A stretch of 64,000 nt of DNA, taken from Laetmonice hystrix. Lineage: Eukaryota. How positions within the stretch are numbered: position 1 is the stretch's first letter; the number at the start of each line of letters is the position of its first letter. Under the pieces are notes generated by a model. It was given only the letters and a program-made list of their open reading frames with translations, did no database searches and had not been told where the DNA came from. The stretch lies in assembly GCA_965235115.1 (NCBI GenBank), contig OZ249436.1:44394001-44458000 (forward strand), read 5' to 3'. Positions 49,238-63,650 of this stretch are shown here, piece by piece. The position numbers and the translations under genes were made by a program.

Positions 49238-49933
49238 GATTCATTTTTTCTTTTCTCAACTCTTCCACAAGATGTGACCACGGTGAGGAGGCTATTTGAA
49301 AGAAAAACCAGAAATCTCTTGACTTCCAATAGAAGTGGCCCAGGCAGTCTTAGCTTTACTTCATCAATTATTGACTTTATACACAGGATGTTAAAACAAG
49401 AGTTGTTTCTTTATCAATGTTCCTCACAATACAACCAGCGATCCTGTAGCTTACCTAGCAACAGGATCGTTGATACAGTAACAAGTCCTCGATTGTAGTT
49501 CGGCGGTTTCCACCTGGTGTCAGTGTGGGATAAGGTAGGTTCGCCGTGACTTCCTCAGATGTGGCCCGAGCACACATACACACCATCCCTATCCGCTAAC
49601 AGATTGACGACTTGGTGACTTAGCTTGGAGATGTCATAGGCTGATGTCATGAGAGGCGGGCCACGTCCCAGCTATCCCGGCGATCGCCACGCCCTCTGTA
49701 GGAGATAGACGAGCTTTAATGGAGTTGGCCCCCTGGTGGCCGAGTGCGCCTGGTTGGACCACGTGATATCAACGTGACGATCGAAGCAGAGCGCTGAGAA
49801 TTGATCGAAGGAAGCAACCTGGGTGAGGAGGTGTGACAGCCCCCCCCCCCCCCTGCAGGCTCGACGGAATGGTAGTCCCTTATAAAACCTGCACTGGCTT
49901 CACTTTCATTCATACATTCATTCTCTCTCTCTG

Positions 49934-50038
<105 letters not shown>

Positions 50039-50546
50039 CAACAGCAGAAATACAAGAAAAATGATTGTAGTTGCCTCAGTATGGTTGGGTGGTGGTGCCT
50101 TGGGTGGCCTAATGTGTTGGCTCATGACACCTAGGACCATCGCCTCACACCACTGCGGTGCGTGTTAGATCCCCGGCCAGGGCTGCATGTGTGAACGGTT
50201 TTTCAGTCAGTTCCTTCCCGAAGGCAAGGCGTAAAACCCCAAATTTGGCCTTCAATGCAAATAGCTAGTAGATTCTAACAAACATTTTTGAAAAAAGAGT
50301 TTGATGTTTCTTTAAACTTGATATCTTATTGCGCAGATATTATGGACTGGTAGCCTATCTCACAAACGGTTTATGTGTCAATATCAATATCAATATCAAT
50401 ATCTCGATGGACCTCACTTCGCTCCAACCGAGGACAAAGGACTTATAACGTACTGTACTCCTAATTGATATATTTTGGTTCCATTCAATTATATTGTCAT
50501 ATTAACATTATTTTTTTATATCGTTAATAAAAATAACAACATGTGA

Positions 50547-50618
50547 GGGGGTATAGCTCAGTGGCAGAGCATTCGACTGCAGATCGAGAGGTCACCGGTT
50601 CAACTCCGGTTGCCCCCT
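50547..50618 (+). tRNA. tRNA-Cys-GCA: tRNA-Cys(GCA)
   Basis: Identical copy. Confidence 0.97.
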
Positions 50619-51083
50619 GAAGCTTTTCTCCTTTTTGGGGGGAAACGTTATATTTATTTATAGATAACAATTAAATAGCATATGTGACTCTTCAAGATCA
50701 AGACCCAGAAACACGTATTGATCAGTGTTTCCATATATGTTTGTAGGTTTGGACTTTGTTGCTCATTATGTGTGCATGAGATAAACATCCAAACCCGCAA
50801 TTTGCCCAGACAAATTATTAAAAGGATATATTGCAACAACATTCAAATTACTGTAGATCTCTATGCCTCCATTTTGCTTCACAATTAGGGCCTAATGTTC
50901 CTCTTTATTAATTATACATGGGTCTTCATAAATAACATAATCACTTGGTTTGCAAATATTGATAAGGTGAAGCTAAGACCTGAGTCACTTCTGTTGGAAG
51001 TCAAAAGATACTTTATACCATCCCATGCTCTGCCCCCAAACCTAATAAAGAAATTCCCCACCATCCAATTATGCCCCAACCAG

Positions 51084-51157
51084 TCCTCGATAGTATAGTG
51101 GTTATAGTATCCCCGCCTGTCACGCGGGAGACCGGGGTTCAATTCCCCGTCGGGGAG
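51084..51157 (+). tRNA. tRNA-Asp-GTC: tRNA-Asp(GTC), 2-nt (TA) D-loop insertion variant
   Basis: GTGGTTATAGTAT instead of GTGGTTAGTAT. Confidence 0.85.
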
Positions 51158-51714
51158 GATTTATTTTTCTTTTCTCGACTCTTCCACAAGATGTGACCAC
51201 GGTGAGGAGGCTATTTGAAAGAAAAACCAGAAATCTCTTGACTTCCAATAGAAGTGGCCCAGGTAGTCTTAGCTTTACTTCATCAATTATTTACTTTATA
51301 CACAGGATGTTTAACAATCTTGAGTTGTTTCTTATTTCAATGTTCCTCACAATACACCCAGCGATCCTGTAGCTTACCTAGCAACAGGATCGTTGATACA
51401 GTAACAAGTCCTCGATTGTAGTTCGGCGGTTTCCACCTGGTGTCAGTGTGGGATAAGGTAGGTTCGCCGTGACTTCCTCAGATGTGGCCCGAGCACACAT
51501 ACACACCATCCCTATCCCCTAACAGATTGACGACTTGGTGACTTAGCTTGGAGATGTCATAGGCTGATGTCATGAGAGGCGGGCCACGTCCCAGCTATCC
51601 CGGCGATCGCCACGCCCTCTGTAGGAGATAGACGAGCTTTAATGGAGTTGGCCCCCTGGTGGCCGAGTGCGCCTGGTTGGACCACGTGATATCAACGTGG
51701 CGATCGAAGCAGAG

Positions 51715-51772
<58 letters not shown>

Positions 51773-51813
51773 TCCCTCTCCCTCTCCCTCTCTCTCTCTC
51801 TCCCCCTCCCTCC

Positions 51814-51894
<81 letters not shown>

Positions 51895-52454
51895 AACAAC
51901 AGAAATACTAGAAAATTGATTGTAGTTGCCTCAGTATGGTTGGGTGGTGGTGCCTTGGGTGGCCTCATGTGTTTGCTCATGACACCCAGGACCATCGCCT
52001 CACACCATGTGTGAAAGGTTCCTTCCCGAAGGCAAGGCGTAAAACCCCAAATCTGGCCTTCAATGCAAAGAGCTAGTAGATTCTAACAAACATTTTTGAA
52101 AAAAGAGTTTGATGCTTCTTTAAACTTGCTATCTTATTGCGCAGATATTATGGACTGGTATATCCCACAAACGGTTTATGTGTGAAAGGCTTGTCAGACA
52201 GTTGGTCAACCTATACTGTCCCCCTCTCTCCCTTATCGAGAGATTTTGATAAAGAGTTAAAATTAGGAAATGTAAAGTGTCGGCGATGTAACATAGCTTT
52301 CTATCAATATCTCGATGGACCTCACTTCGCTCCAACCGAGGACAAAGGACTTATGACGTACTCTACTCCTAATTGATATAGTTTGGTTGCATTCAATTAT
52401 CTTGTCATATTAACATTATTTTTTATATCGTTAATAAAAATACAGAACATGTGA

Positions 52455-52526
52455 GGGGGTATAGCTCAGTGGCAGAGCATTCGACTGCAGATCGAGAGGT
52501 CACCGGTTCAACTCCGGTTGCCCCCT
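52455..52526 (+). tRNA. tRNA-Cys-GCA: tRNA-Cys(GCA)
   Basis: Identical copy. Confidence 0.97.
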
Positions 52527-52985
52527 GAAGCTTTTCTCGTTTTTGGGTGGAAACGTTATATTTATTTATAGATAACACTTAAATAGCATATGTGACTCTT
52601 CAAGATCAAGACCCAGAAACACGTATCAGTGTCTCCATATATGTTTGTAGGTTTGGACTTTGTTGCTCATTATGTGTGCATGAGATAAACATCCAAACGC
52701 GCAATTTGCCCAGACAAAATATTAAAAGAATATATTGCAACAACATTCAAATTACTGTATGCCTCCATTTTCCTTCACAATTAGGGCCTAATGTTCCTCT
52801 TTATTAATTATACATGGGTCTTCATAAATAACATAATCACTTGGTTTGCAAATATTGATAAGGTAAAGCTAAGACCTGAGTCACTTCTGTTGGAAGTCAA
52901 AAGATACTTTATAGGCCTACCATCCCAAGCTCTGCCCCCAAACCTAATAAAAGAATTCCACACCATCCCGTTTTGCCCTAACCAG

Positions 52986-53057
52986 TCCTCGATAGTATAG
53001 TGGTTAGTATCCCCGCCTGTCACGCGGGAGACCGGGGTTCAATTCCCCGTCGGGGAG
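52986..53057 (+). tRNA. tRNA-Asp-GTC: tRNA-Asp(GTC)
   Basis: Identical copy; terminator shortened to TTTCTTTT. Confidence 0.97.
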
Positions 53058-53610
53058 GATTTCTTTTCTCGACTCTTTCCACAAGTTGTGACCACGGTGA
53101 GGAGGCTATATTTGAAAGAAAAACCAGAAATCTCTTGACTTCCAATAGAAGTGGCCCAGGCAGTCTTAGCTTTACTTCATCAATTATTGACTTTATACAC
53201 AGGATGTTAAAACAAGAGTTGTTTCTTTATCAATGTTCCTCATAATACAACCAGCGATCCTGTAGCTTACCTAGCAACAGGATCGTTGATACAGTAACAA
53301 GTCCTCGATTGTAGTTCGGCGGTTTCCACCTGGTGTCAGTGTGGGATAAGGTAGGTTCGCCGTGACTTCCTCAGATGTGGCCCGAGCACACATACACACC
53401 ATCCCTATCCCCTAACAGATTGACGACTTGGTGACTTAGCTTGGAGATGTCATAGGCTGATGTCATGAGAGGCGGGCCACGTCCCAGCTATCCCGGCGAT
53501 CGCCACGCCCTCTGTAGGAGATAGACGAGCTTTAATGGAGTTGGCCCCCTGGTGGCCGAGTGCGCCTGGTTGGACCACGTGATATCAACGTGGCGATCGA
53601 AGCAGAGAAT

Positions 53611-53769
<159 letters not shown>

Positions 53770-54334
53770 AACAACAGAAATACTAGAAAATTGATTGTAG
53801 TTGCCTCAGTATGGTTGGGTGGTGGTGCCTTGGGTGGCCTCATGTGTTTGCTCATGACACCCAGGACCATCGCCTCACACCATGTGTGAAAGGTTCCTTC
53901 CCGAAGGCAAGGCGTAAAACCCCAAATCTGGCCTTCAATGCAAAGAGCTAGTAGATTCTAACAAACATTTTTGAAAAAAGAGTTTGATGTTTCTTTAAAC
54001 TTGCTATCTTATTGCGCAGATATTATGGACTGGTATATCCCACAAACGGTTTATGTGTGAAAGGCTTGTCAGACAGTTGGTCAACCTATAACCTACTGTC
54101 CCCCTCTCTCCCTTATCGAGAGATTTTGATAAAGAGTTAAAATTAGGAAATGTAAAGTGTCGGCGATGTAACATAGCTTTCTATCAATATCTCGATGGAC
54201 CTCACTTCGCTCCAACCGAGGACAAAGGACTTATGACGTACTCTACTCCTAATTGATATATTTTGGTTGCATTCAATTATCTTGTCATATTAACATTATT
54301 TTTTATATCGTTAATAAAAATACAGAACATGTGA

Positions 54335-54406
54335 GGGGGTATAGCTCAGTGGCAGAGCATTCGACTGCAGATCGAGAGGTCACCGGTTCAACTCCGGTTG
54401 CCCCCT
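54335..54406 (+). tRNA. tRNA-Cys-GCA: tRNA-Cys(GCA)
   Basis: Identical copy. Confidence 0.97.
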
Positions 54407-54866
54407 GAAGCTTTTCTCCTTTTTGGGGGGGAAACGTTATATTTATTTATAGATAACAATTAAATAGCATATGTGACTCTTCAAGATCAAGACCCAGAAA
54501 CACGTATCAGTGTCTCCATATATGTTTGTAGGTTTGGACTTTGTTGCTCATTATGTGTGCATGAGATAAACATCCAAACCCGCAATTTGCCCAGACAAAA
54601 TATTAAAAGAATATATTGCAACAACATTCAAATTACTGTATGCCTCCATTTTCCTTCACAATTAGGGCCTAATGTTCCTCTTTATTAATTATACATGGGT
54701 CTTCATAAATAACATAATCACTTGGTTTGCAAATATTGATAAGGTAAAGCTAAAACCTGAGTCACTTCTGTTGGAAGTCAAAAGATACTTTATAGGCCTA
54801 CCATCCCAAGCTCTGCCCCCAAACCTAATAAAAGAATTCCACACCATCCCGTTTTGCCCTAACTAG

Positions 54867-54938
54867 TCCTCGATAGTATAGTGGTTAGTATCCCCGCCTG
54901 TCACGCGGGAGACCGGGGTTCAATTCCCCGTCGGGGAG
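54867..54938 (+). tRNA. tRNA-Asp-GTC: tRNA-Asp(GTC)
   Basis: Identical copy. Confidence 0.97.
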
Positions 54939-56313
54939 GATTTATTTTTCTTTTCTCGACTCTTTCACAAGTTGTGACCACGGTGAGGAGGCTATTTGAA
55001 AGAAAAACCAGAAATCTCTTGACTTCCAATAGAAGTGGCCCAGGCAGTCTTAGCTTTACTTCATCAATTATTGACTTTATACACAGGATGTTTAACAATC
55101 TTGAGTTGTTTCTTATTTCAATGTTCCTCACAATACAACGAGCGATCCTGTAGCTTAGCCTACCTAGCAACAGGATCGTTGATACAGTAACAATTCCTCG
55201 ATTGTAGTTCGGCGGTTTCCACCTGGTGTCAGTACACGTGGGATAAGGTAGGTTCGCCGTGACTTCCTCAGATGTGGCCCGAGCACACATACACACCATC
55301 CCTATCCGCTAACAGATTGACGACTTGGTGACTTAGCTTGGAGATGTCATAGGCTGATGTCATGAGAGGCGGGCCACGTCCCAGCTATCCCGGCGATCGC
55401 CACGCCCTCTGTAGGAGATAGACGAGCTTTAATGGAGTTGGCCCCCTGGTGGCCGAGTGCGCCTGGTTGGACCACGTGATATCAACGTGGCGATCGAAGC
55501 AGAGAGCTTAGAAGTGATCGAAGGGAGCAACCTGGGTGAGGAGGTGTGACAGCCCCCCCCCCCTGAAGGCTTGACGGAATGGTAGTCGTTTATTAAACCT
55601 GCACTGGCTTCACTTTCATTCATACATTTATTCTCTCTCTCTATCTCTATCTCTCGCTCTCTATCTCTTTCTCTCTCTCTGTCTCTCTCTCTCTCTGGCT
55701 TTCTCTTTCTGCAACAACAACAAAAATACAAGAAAAATGATTGTAGTTGCCTCAGTATGGTTGGGTGGTGGTGCCTTGGGTGGCCTAATGTGTTTGCTCA
55801 TGACACCTAGGACCATTGCCTCACACCACTGCGGTGCGTGTTCGATCCCCGGCCAGGGCTGCATTGTGAAAGGTTTTTCAGTCAGTTCCTTCCCGAAGGC
55901 AAGGCGTAAAGCCCCAAATCTGGCCTTCAATGCAAATAGCTAGTAACAAACATTTTTGAAAAAAAGAGTTTGATGTTTCTTTAAACTTGCTATCTTATTG
56001 CGCAGATATTATGGACTGGTATATCCCACAAACGGTTTATGTGTGAAAGAGTTGTCAGACAGTTGGTCAACCTACTGTCCCCCTCTCTCCCTTATCGAGA
56101 GATTTTGATAAAGAGTTAAAATTAGGAAATGTAAAGTGTCGGCGATGTAACATAGCTTTCTATCAATATCTCGATGGACCTCACTTCGCTCCAACCGAGG
56201 ACAAAGGACTTATGACGTACTCTACTCCTAATTGATATATTTTGGTTGCATTCAATTATCTTGTCATATTAACATTATTTTTTATATCGTTAATAAAAAT
56301 AGAGAACATGTGA

Positions 56314-56385
56314 GGGGGTATAGCTCAGTGGCAGAGCATTCGACTGCAGATCGAGAGGTCACCGGTTCAACTCCGGTTGCCCCCT
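56314..56385 (+). tRNA. tRNA-Cys-GCA: tRNA-Cys(GCA)
   Basis: Identical copy. Confidence 0.97.
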
Positions 56386-56842
56386 GAAGCTTTTCTCCTT
56401 TTTGGGGGGAAACGTTATATTTATTTATAGATAACAATTAAATAGCATATGTGACTCTTCAAGATCAAGACCCAGAAACACGTATTGATCAGTGTTTCCA
56501 TATATGTTTGTAGGTTTGGACTTTGTTGCTCATTATGTGTGCATGAGATAAACATCCAAACCCGCAATTTGCCCAGACAAAATATTAAAAGAATATATTG
56601 CAACAACATTCAAATTACTGTATGCCTACATTTTCCTTCACAATTAGGGCCTAATGTTCCTCTTTATTAATTATACATGGGTCTTCATAAATAACATAAT
56701 CACTTGGTTTGCAAATATTGATAAGGTAAAGCTAAGACCTGAGTCACTTCTGTTGGAAGTCAAAAGATACTTTATACCATCCCAAGCTCTGCCCCCAAAC
56801 CTAATAAAAAAATTCCACGCCATCCCGCTCTCCGCTAACCAG

Positions 56843-56914
56843 TCCTCGATAGTATAGTGGTTAGTATCCCCGCCTGTCACGCGGGAGACCGGGGTTCAAT
56901 TCCCCGTCGGGGAG
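56843..56914 (+). tRNA. tRNA-Asp-GTC: tRNA-Asp(GTC)
   Basis: Identical copy. Confidence 0.97.
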
Positions 56915-57619
56915 GATTCATTTTTTCTTTTCTCAACTCTTCCACAAGATGTGACCACGGTGAGGAGGCTATTTGAAAGAAAAACCAGAAATCTCTTGAC
57001 TTCCAATAGAAGTGGCCCAGGTAGTCTTAGCTTTACTTCATCAATTATTGACTTTATACACAGGATGTTTAACAATCTTGAGTTGTTTCTTATTTCAATG
57101 TTCCTCAAAATACAACCAGCGATCCTGTAGCTTAGCCTACCTAGCAACAGGGTCGTTGATACAGTAACAATTCCTCGATTGTAGTTCGGCGGTTTCCACC
57201 TGGTGTCAGTGTGGGATAAGGTAGGTTCGCCGTGACTTCCTCAGATGTGGCCCGAGCACACATACACACCATCCCTATCCGCTAACAGATTGACGACTTG
57301 GTGACTTAGCTTGGAGATGTCATAGGCTGATGTCATGAGAGGCGGGCCACGTCCCAGCTATCCCGGCGATCGCCACGCCCTCTGTAGGAGATAGACGAGC
57401 TTTAATGGAGTTGGCCCCCTGGTGGCCGAGTGCGCCTGGTTGGACCACGTGATATCAACGTGGCGATCGAAGCAGAGCGCTGAGAATTGATCGAAGGAAG
57501 CAACCTGGGTGAGGAGGTGTGACAGCCCCCCCCCCCCCCTGCAGGCTCGACGGAATGGTAGTCCCTTATAAAACCTGCACTGGCTTCACTTTCATTCATA
57601 CATTCATTCTCTCTCTCTG

Positions 57620-57694
<75 letters not shown>

Positions 57695-58319
57695 CAACAG
57701 CAGAAATACAAGAAAAATGATTGTAGTTGCCTCAGTATGGTTGGGTGGTGGTGCCTTGGGTGGCCTAATGTGTTGGCTCATGACACCTAGGACCATCGCC
57801 TCACACCACTGCGGTGCGTGTTCGATCCCCGGCCAGGGCTGCATGTGTGAAAGGTTTTTCAGTCAGTTCCTTCCCGAAGGCAAGGCGTAAAACCCCAAAT
57901 CTGGCCTTCAATGCAAATAGCTAGTAACAAAAATTTTTTGAAAAAAGAGTTTGATGTTTCTTTAAACTTGCTATCTTATTGCGCATATAGTCTACTATCT
58001 CTACACAAGCATCGTAGGCCTATAGGCCTAGATATTATGGACTGGTATATCCCACAAACGGTTTATGTGTGAAAGGGTTGTCAGACAGTAACTGGTCAAC
58101 CTACTGTCCCCCTCTCTCCCTTATCGAGAGATTTTGATAAAGAGTTAAAATTAGGAAATGTAAAGTGTCGGCGATGTAACATAGCTTTCTATCAATATCT
58201 CCAACCGAGGACAAAGGACTTATGACGTACTCTACTCCTAATTGATATATATTTTGGTTGCATTCAATTATCTATTAACATTATTTTTTATATCGTTAAT
58301 AAAAATATAGAATATGTGA

Positions 58320-58391
58320 GGGGGTATAGCTCAGTGGCAGAGCATTCGACTGCAGATCGAGAGGTCACCGGTTCAACTCCGGTTGCCCCCT
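58320..58391 (+). tRNA. tRNA-Cys-GCA: tRNA-Cys(GCA)
   Basis: Identical copy. Confidence 0.97.
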
Positions 58392-58848
58392 GAAGCTTTT
58401 CTCCTTTTTGGGGGGAAACGTTATATTTATTTATAGATAACAATTAAATAGCATATGTGACTCTTCAAGATCAAGACCCAGAAACACGTATTGATCAGTG
58501 TTTCCATATATGTTTGTAGGTTTGGACTTTGTTGCTCATTATGTGTGCATGAGATAAACATCCAAACCCGCAATTTGCCCAGACAAAATATTAAAAGAAT
58601 ATATTGCAACAACATTCAAATTACTGTATGCCTACATTTTCCTTCACAATTAGGGCCTAATGTTCCTCTTTATTAATTATACATGGGTCTTCATAAATAA
58701 CATAATCACTTGGTTTGCAAATATTGATAAGGTAAAGCTAAGACCTGAGTCACTTCTGTTGGAAGTCAAAAGATACTTTATACCATCCCAAGCTCTGCCC
58801 CCAAACCTAATAAAAAAATTCCACGCCATCCCGCTCTCCGCTAACCAG

Positions 58849-58920
58849 TCCTCGATAGTATAGTGGTTAGTATCCCCGCCTGTCACGCGGGAGACCGGGG
58901 TTCAATTCCCCGTCGGGGAG
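58849..58920 (+). tRNA. tRNA-Asp-GTC: tRNA-Asp(GTC)
   Basis: Identical copy. Confidence 0.97.
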
Positions 58921-59620
58921 GATTCATTTTTTCTTTTCTCAACTCTTCCACAAGATGTGACCACGGTGAGGAGGCTATTTGAAAGAAAAACCAGAAATCT
59001 CTTGACTTCCAATAGAAGTGGCCCAGGTAGTCTTAGCTTTACTTCATCAATTATTGACTTTATACACAGGATGTTTAACAATCTTGAGTTGTTTCTTATT
59101 TCAATGTTCCTCAAAATACAACCAGCGATCCTGTAGCTTAGCCTACCTAGCAACAGGGTCGTTGATACAGTAACAATTCCTCGATTGTAGTTCGGCGGTT
59201 TCCACCTGGTGTCAGTGTGGGATAAGGTAGGTTCGCCGTGACTTCCTCAGATGTGGCCCGAGCACACATACACACCATCCCTATCCGCTAACAGATTGAC
59301 GACTTGGTGACTTAGCTTGGAGATGTCATAGGCTGATGTCATGAGAGGCGGGCCACGTCCCAGCTATCCCGGCGATCGCCACGCCCTCTGTAGGAGATAG
59401 ACGAGCTTTAATGGAGTTGGCCCCCTGGTGGCCGAGTGCGCCTGGTTGGACCACGTGATATCAACGTGGCGATCGAAGCAGAGCGCTGAGAATTGATCGA
59501 AGGAAGCAACCTGGGTGAGGAGGTGTGACAGCCCCCCCCCTGCAGGCTCGACGGAATGGTAGTCCCTTATAAAACCTGCACTGGCTTCACTTTCATTCAT
59601 ACATTCATTCTCTCTCTCTG

Positions 59621-59742
<122 letters not shown>

Positions 59743-60367
59743 CAACAGCAGAAATACAAGAAAAATGATTGTAGTTGCCTCAGTATGGTTGGGTGGTGGT
59801 GCCTTGGGTGGCCTAATGTGTTGGCTCATGACACCTAGGACCATCGCCTCACACCACTGCGGTGCGTGTTCGATCCCCGGCCAGGGCTGCATGTGTGAAA
59901 GGTTTTTCAGTCAGTTCCTTCCCGAAGGCAAGGCGTAAAACCCCAAATCTGGCCTTCAATGCAAATAGCTAGTAACAAAAATTTTTTGAAAAAAGAGTTT
60001 GATGTTTCTTTAAACTTGCTATCTTATTGCGCATATAGTCTACTATCTCTACACAAGCATCGTAGGCCTATAGGCCTAGATATTATGGACTGGTATATCC
60101 CACAAACGGTTTATGTGTGAAAGGGTTGTCAGACAGTAACTGGTCAACCTACTGTCCCCCTCTCTCCCTTATCGAGAGATTTTGATAAAGAGTTAAAATT
60201 AGGAAATGTAAAGTGTCGGCGATGTAACATAGCTTTCTATCAATATCTCCAACCGAGGACAAAGGACTTATGACGTACTCTACTCCTAATTGATATATAT
60301 TTTGGTTGCATTCAATTATCTATTAACATTATTTTTTATATCGTTAATAAAAATATAGAATATGTGA

Positions 60368-60439
60368 GGGGGTATAGCTCAGTGGCAGAGCATTCGACTG
60401 CAGATCGAGAGGTCACCGGTTCAACTCCGGTTGCCCCCT
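60368..60439 (+). tRNA. tRNA-Cys-GCA: tRNA-Cys(GCA), last gene of the array
   Basis: Identical copy; unit homology ends at ~60519. Confidence 0.97.
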
Positions 60440-61390
60440 GAAACTTTTCTCCTTTTTTTGAAACGTTACATTAAGCCCTATTTATAGATAACAATTAAAT
60501 AGCATACGTGACTCTTCAATTAACCGCGTGCAATTAGCGTGAACTAACTTTGAGAAATAGGTATGGAATTCGAGTTTTATCGAGTTGGTAATTAGGCCTA
60601 AATGTCACCATTTGATCCCGTTTATACCTAGACGATTGGAATAGACGTCGACCCAAATGATCCAAAGCCTACTATCGTCCCTCTTGTTGACAGAAATCAC
60701 CGCGAGAACATCGATTAGTTCATTAACTCTTTACATCAAGACAAACATCAATAGAAATTGCTTACATTGTATTTTATTGCATCCTCGACCCACGTGACCA
60801 GAGCAGGACGCACTTGAATATCACAAGTAGATCTATTCTAAACCCTTGCTGTAAATCCCTAAAGTTTGGGAACCTCCTGTATTTCTGTCCATAGGACTAC
60901 AAATAACTGAGAATAACTGATGGGAGAGACCTTTTATACAAAGCTATAACAATCGTTTCTTAGACTCTATACGCGTGAAGATCCTCCGGGAATCCCCGAC
61001 ATTTCCTGTGGTTAACAACCACTGCTGGGTAGGCCTATAAACACAATATCCAACAGGTCGACAGCTGTAATCATTAATGGAGTTAGGCCATCATAGAATA
61101 ATTCTTTCAAAAATATCCTGCCCGACTGTCCGTGTGGAATGAGAGCGAACTGACTCATTGTATGTATACATGGACCCAAAATGTATCTGCAGGAGAATAC
61201 CACATCTCTTACACATTTTGTATATTTTATCATCTCCTAAAATTAGTTGGTAAGCTAGCTGCCAGAGAAGAAACCCACTGTGGTTATAATAGAAATATTT
61301 TAATAGAAATATTTTAATAGAAATATTTTAATAGAATCTCACACTATCTTTTCCAGACACTGTCTCGTGAATGTGCACGGCGCATGAGCA

Positions 61391-62516
61391 CGTGACCTAA
61401 CAATCTACCCTGGCGATCACTCGGACACCATGGGGGAGTGTGGGATCATGAAACCTGGACCAAGGGGGAAGTCACCAGCCACCCGTGACCTAACAATCTA
61501 CCCTGGCGATCACTCGGACACCATGGGGGAGTGTGGGATCATGAAACCTGGACCAAGGGGGAAGTCACCCGCCATCCCTGACCTAACAATCTACCCTAGG
61601 GATCACTCGGACACCATGGGGGAGTGTGGGATCAATTAAACCTGGACCAAGGGGGAAGTCACCAGCCATCCGTGACCTAACAATCTACCCTGGCGATCAC
61701 TCGGACACCATGGGGCAGTGTGGGATCATGAAACCTGGACCAAGGGGGAAGTCACCAGCCATCCCTGACCTAACAATCTACCCTAGGGATCACTCGGACA
61801 CCATGGGGGAGTGTGGGATCATGAAACCTGGACCAAGGGGGAAGTCACCAGCCATCCCTGACCTAACAATCTACCCTGGCGATCACTCGGACACCATGGG
61901 GGAGTGTGGGATCATGAAACCAGCTGGACCAAGGGGGAAGTCACCAGCCATCCCTGACCTAACAATCTACCCTGGCGATCACTCGGACACCATGGGGGAG
62001 TGTGGGATCATGAAACCTGGACCAAGGGGGAAGTCACCAGCCATCCCTGACCTAACAATCTACCCTGGGGATCACTCGGACACCATGGGGGAGTGTGGGA
62101 TCATGAAACCTGGACCAAGGGGGAAGTCACCAGCCATCCCTGACCTAACAATCTACCCTGGCGATCACTCGGACAACATGGGGGGGGGAGTGTGGGATCA
62201 TGAAACCTGGACCAAGGGGGAAGTCACCAGCCATCCCTGACCTAACAATCTACCCTGGCGATCACTCGGACACCATGGGGGAGTGTGGGATCATGAAACC
62301 TGGACCATGGGGGAAGTCACCAGCCATCCCTGACCTAACAATCTACCCTGGCGATCACTCGGACAACATGGGGGAGTGTGGGATCATGAAACCTGGACCA
62401 AGGGGGAAGTCACCAGCCATCCCTGACCTAACAATCTACCCTGGGGATCACTCGGACACCATGGGGGAGTGTGGGATCATGAAACCTGGACCAAGGGGGA
62501 AGTCACCTGCCATCCT
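61391..62516. repeat. 93-bp minisatellite (~12 copies)
   Basis: TGACCTAACAATCTACCCTGGCGATCACTCGGACACCATGGGGGAGTGTGGGATCATGAAACCTGGACCAAGGGGGAAGTCACCAGCCATCCC repeated. Confidence 0.95.
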
Positions 62517-63230
62517 CACTTAGGTTCCCCATCTCTCCCTAGGTGGCGCTTAGGTGACCATTTCCGTTAACGTGACCCTTACCCTTACCCCCGAGAATTA
62601 ATGAAGCCCTTTCAAACAATGAACAAAACACTTTTTTTAATGCTTCATCAGAATGTATACTTTTTTGCCCGACTATTTGATACTTACTTTAATCTTGACA
62701 AACTGTTTTATTCGCTCAGTCCTTCCACCACTATGAATTAATCATGTTTGAAGACGGAAGTAAAACGAATTCTCTCTCATGAGGTCTCAGTGTTTGGGTA
62801 GGTTTATTTACAATATGTTTCTCTTGCTGACAGTAACACGAACTGGTTGCTCCGAGTCGAGAGAGTATTCGAGAACTCCAGTTTACACACTATAGGAAAA
62901 TGTTATCCGAGTTATATCATATAGCCTATAAGTTTAAGCACTTGTACCATTGCACAGATCATTATATTATTGGTCTATTTATAATTGTGTCGGTCAGACA
63001 AGGAGGTAAGCCTATTCTAAAACAACTGTACATAGATCAACTATTTTATACCCTTCTTAATCTCTGGCAGCTCCTTTAGATAGCACCTACATATTACTAT
63101 ACATCAATTTTAAATACACATTATTCCACTTTTGCCTCGCCTGCGTCGTGGGAATGTGGATGAAGCCCCTGGTGGCAATCACACACAACTCCCTGGTGAC
63201 CTGTAGGACCTTCCACACATTATTACCCTT

Positions 63231-63650
63231 CCTGGTAAACGAAACGAACCATGGTGTTTGGTGAGTGTTCTGGTAAACGAAACGAACCATGGTGTTTGGT
63301 GATTGTCCTGGTAAACGAAACGAGCCATGGTGTTTGGTGATTGTCCTGGTAAACGAAACGAGCCATGGTGTTTGGTGATTGTTCTGGTAAACGAAACGAA
63401 CCATGGTGTTTGGTGATTGTTCTGGTAAATGAAACGAGCCATGGTGTTTGGTGATTGTTCTGGTAAACGAAACGAGCCATGGTGTTTGGTGATTGTCCTG
63501 GTAAATGAAACGAGCCATGGTGTTTGGTGATTGTTCTGGTAAACGAAACGAGCCATGGTGTTTGGTGATTGTTCTGGTAAACGAAACGAGCCATGGTGTT
63601 TGGTGATTGTCCTGGTAAACGAAACGAACCATGGTGTTTGGTGATTGTTC
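63231..63650. repeat. 38-bp minisatellite (11 copies)
   Basis: CTGGTAAACGAAACGAGCCATGGTGTTTGGTGATTGTT repeated without spacers. Confidence 0.95.

Noticed and set aside
60520..61015. Possible piggyBac-like element at the right array boundary (TTAACCGC...GTGGTTAA)
   Set aside because: Inverted match is only about 3-4 bp beyond TTAA, which is not distinguishable from chance.
61409..61480. Hammerhead-like motifs (CTGGCGA...GAAAC...GTC) in the 93-bp monomer
   Set aside because: The core deviates from CUGANGA, and stems II and III do not close next to the conserved bases.
63231..63650. CRISPR-like 38-bp periodicity and long minus-strand ORFs
   Set aside because: Repeats are contiguous with no unique spacers, there are no cas genes and the context is eukaryotic; the ORFs cycle through three peptides as expected for a 38-bp period.
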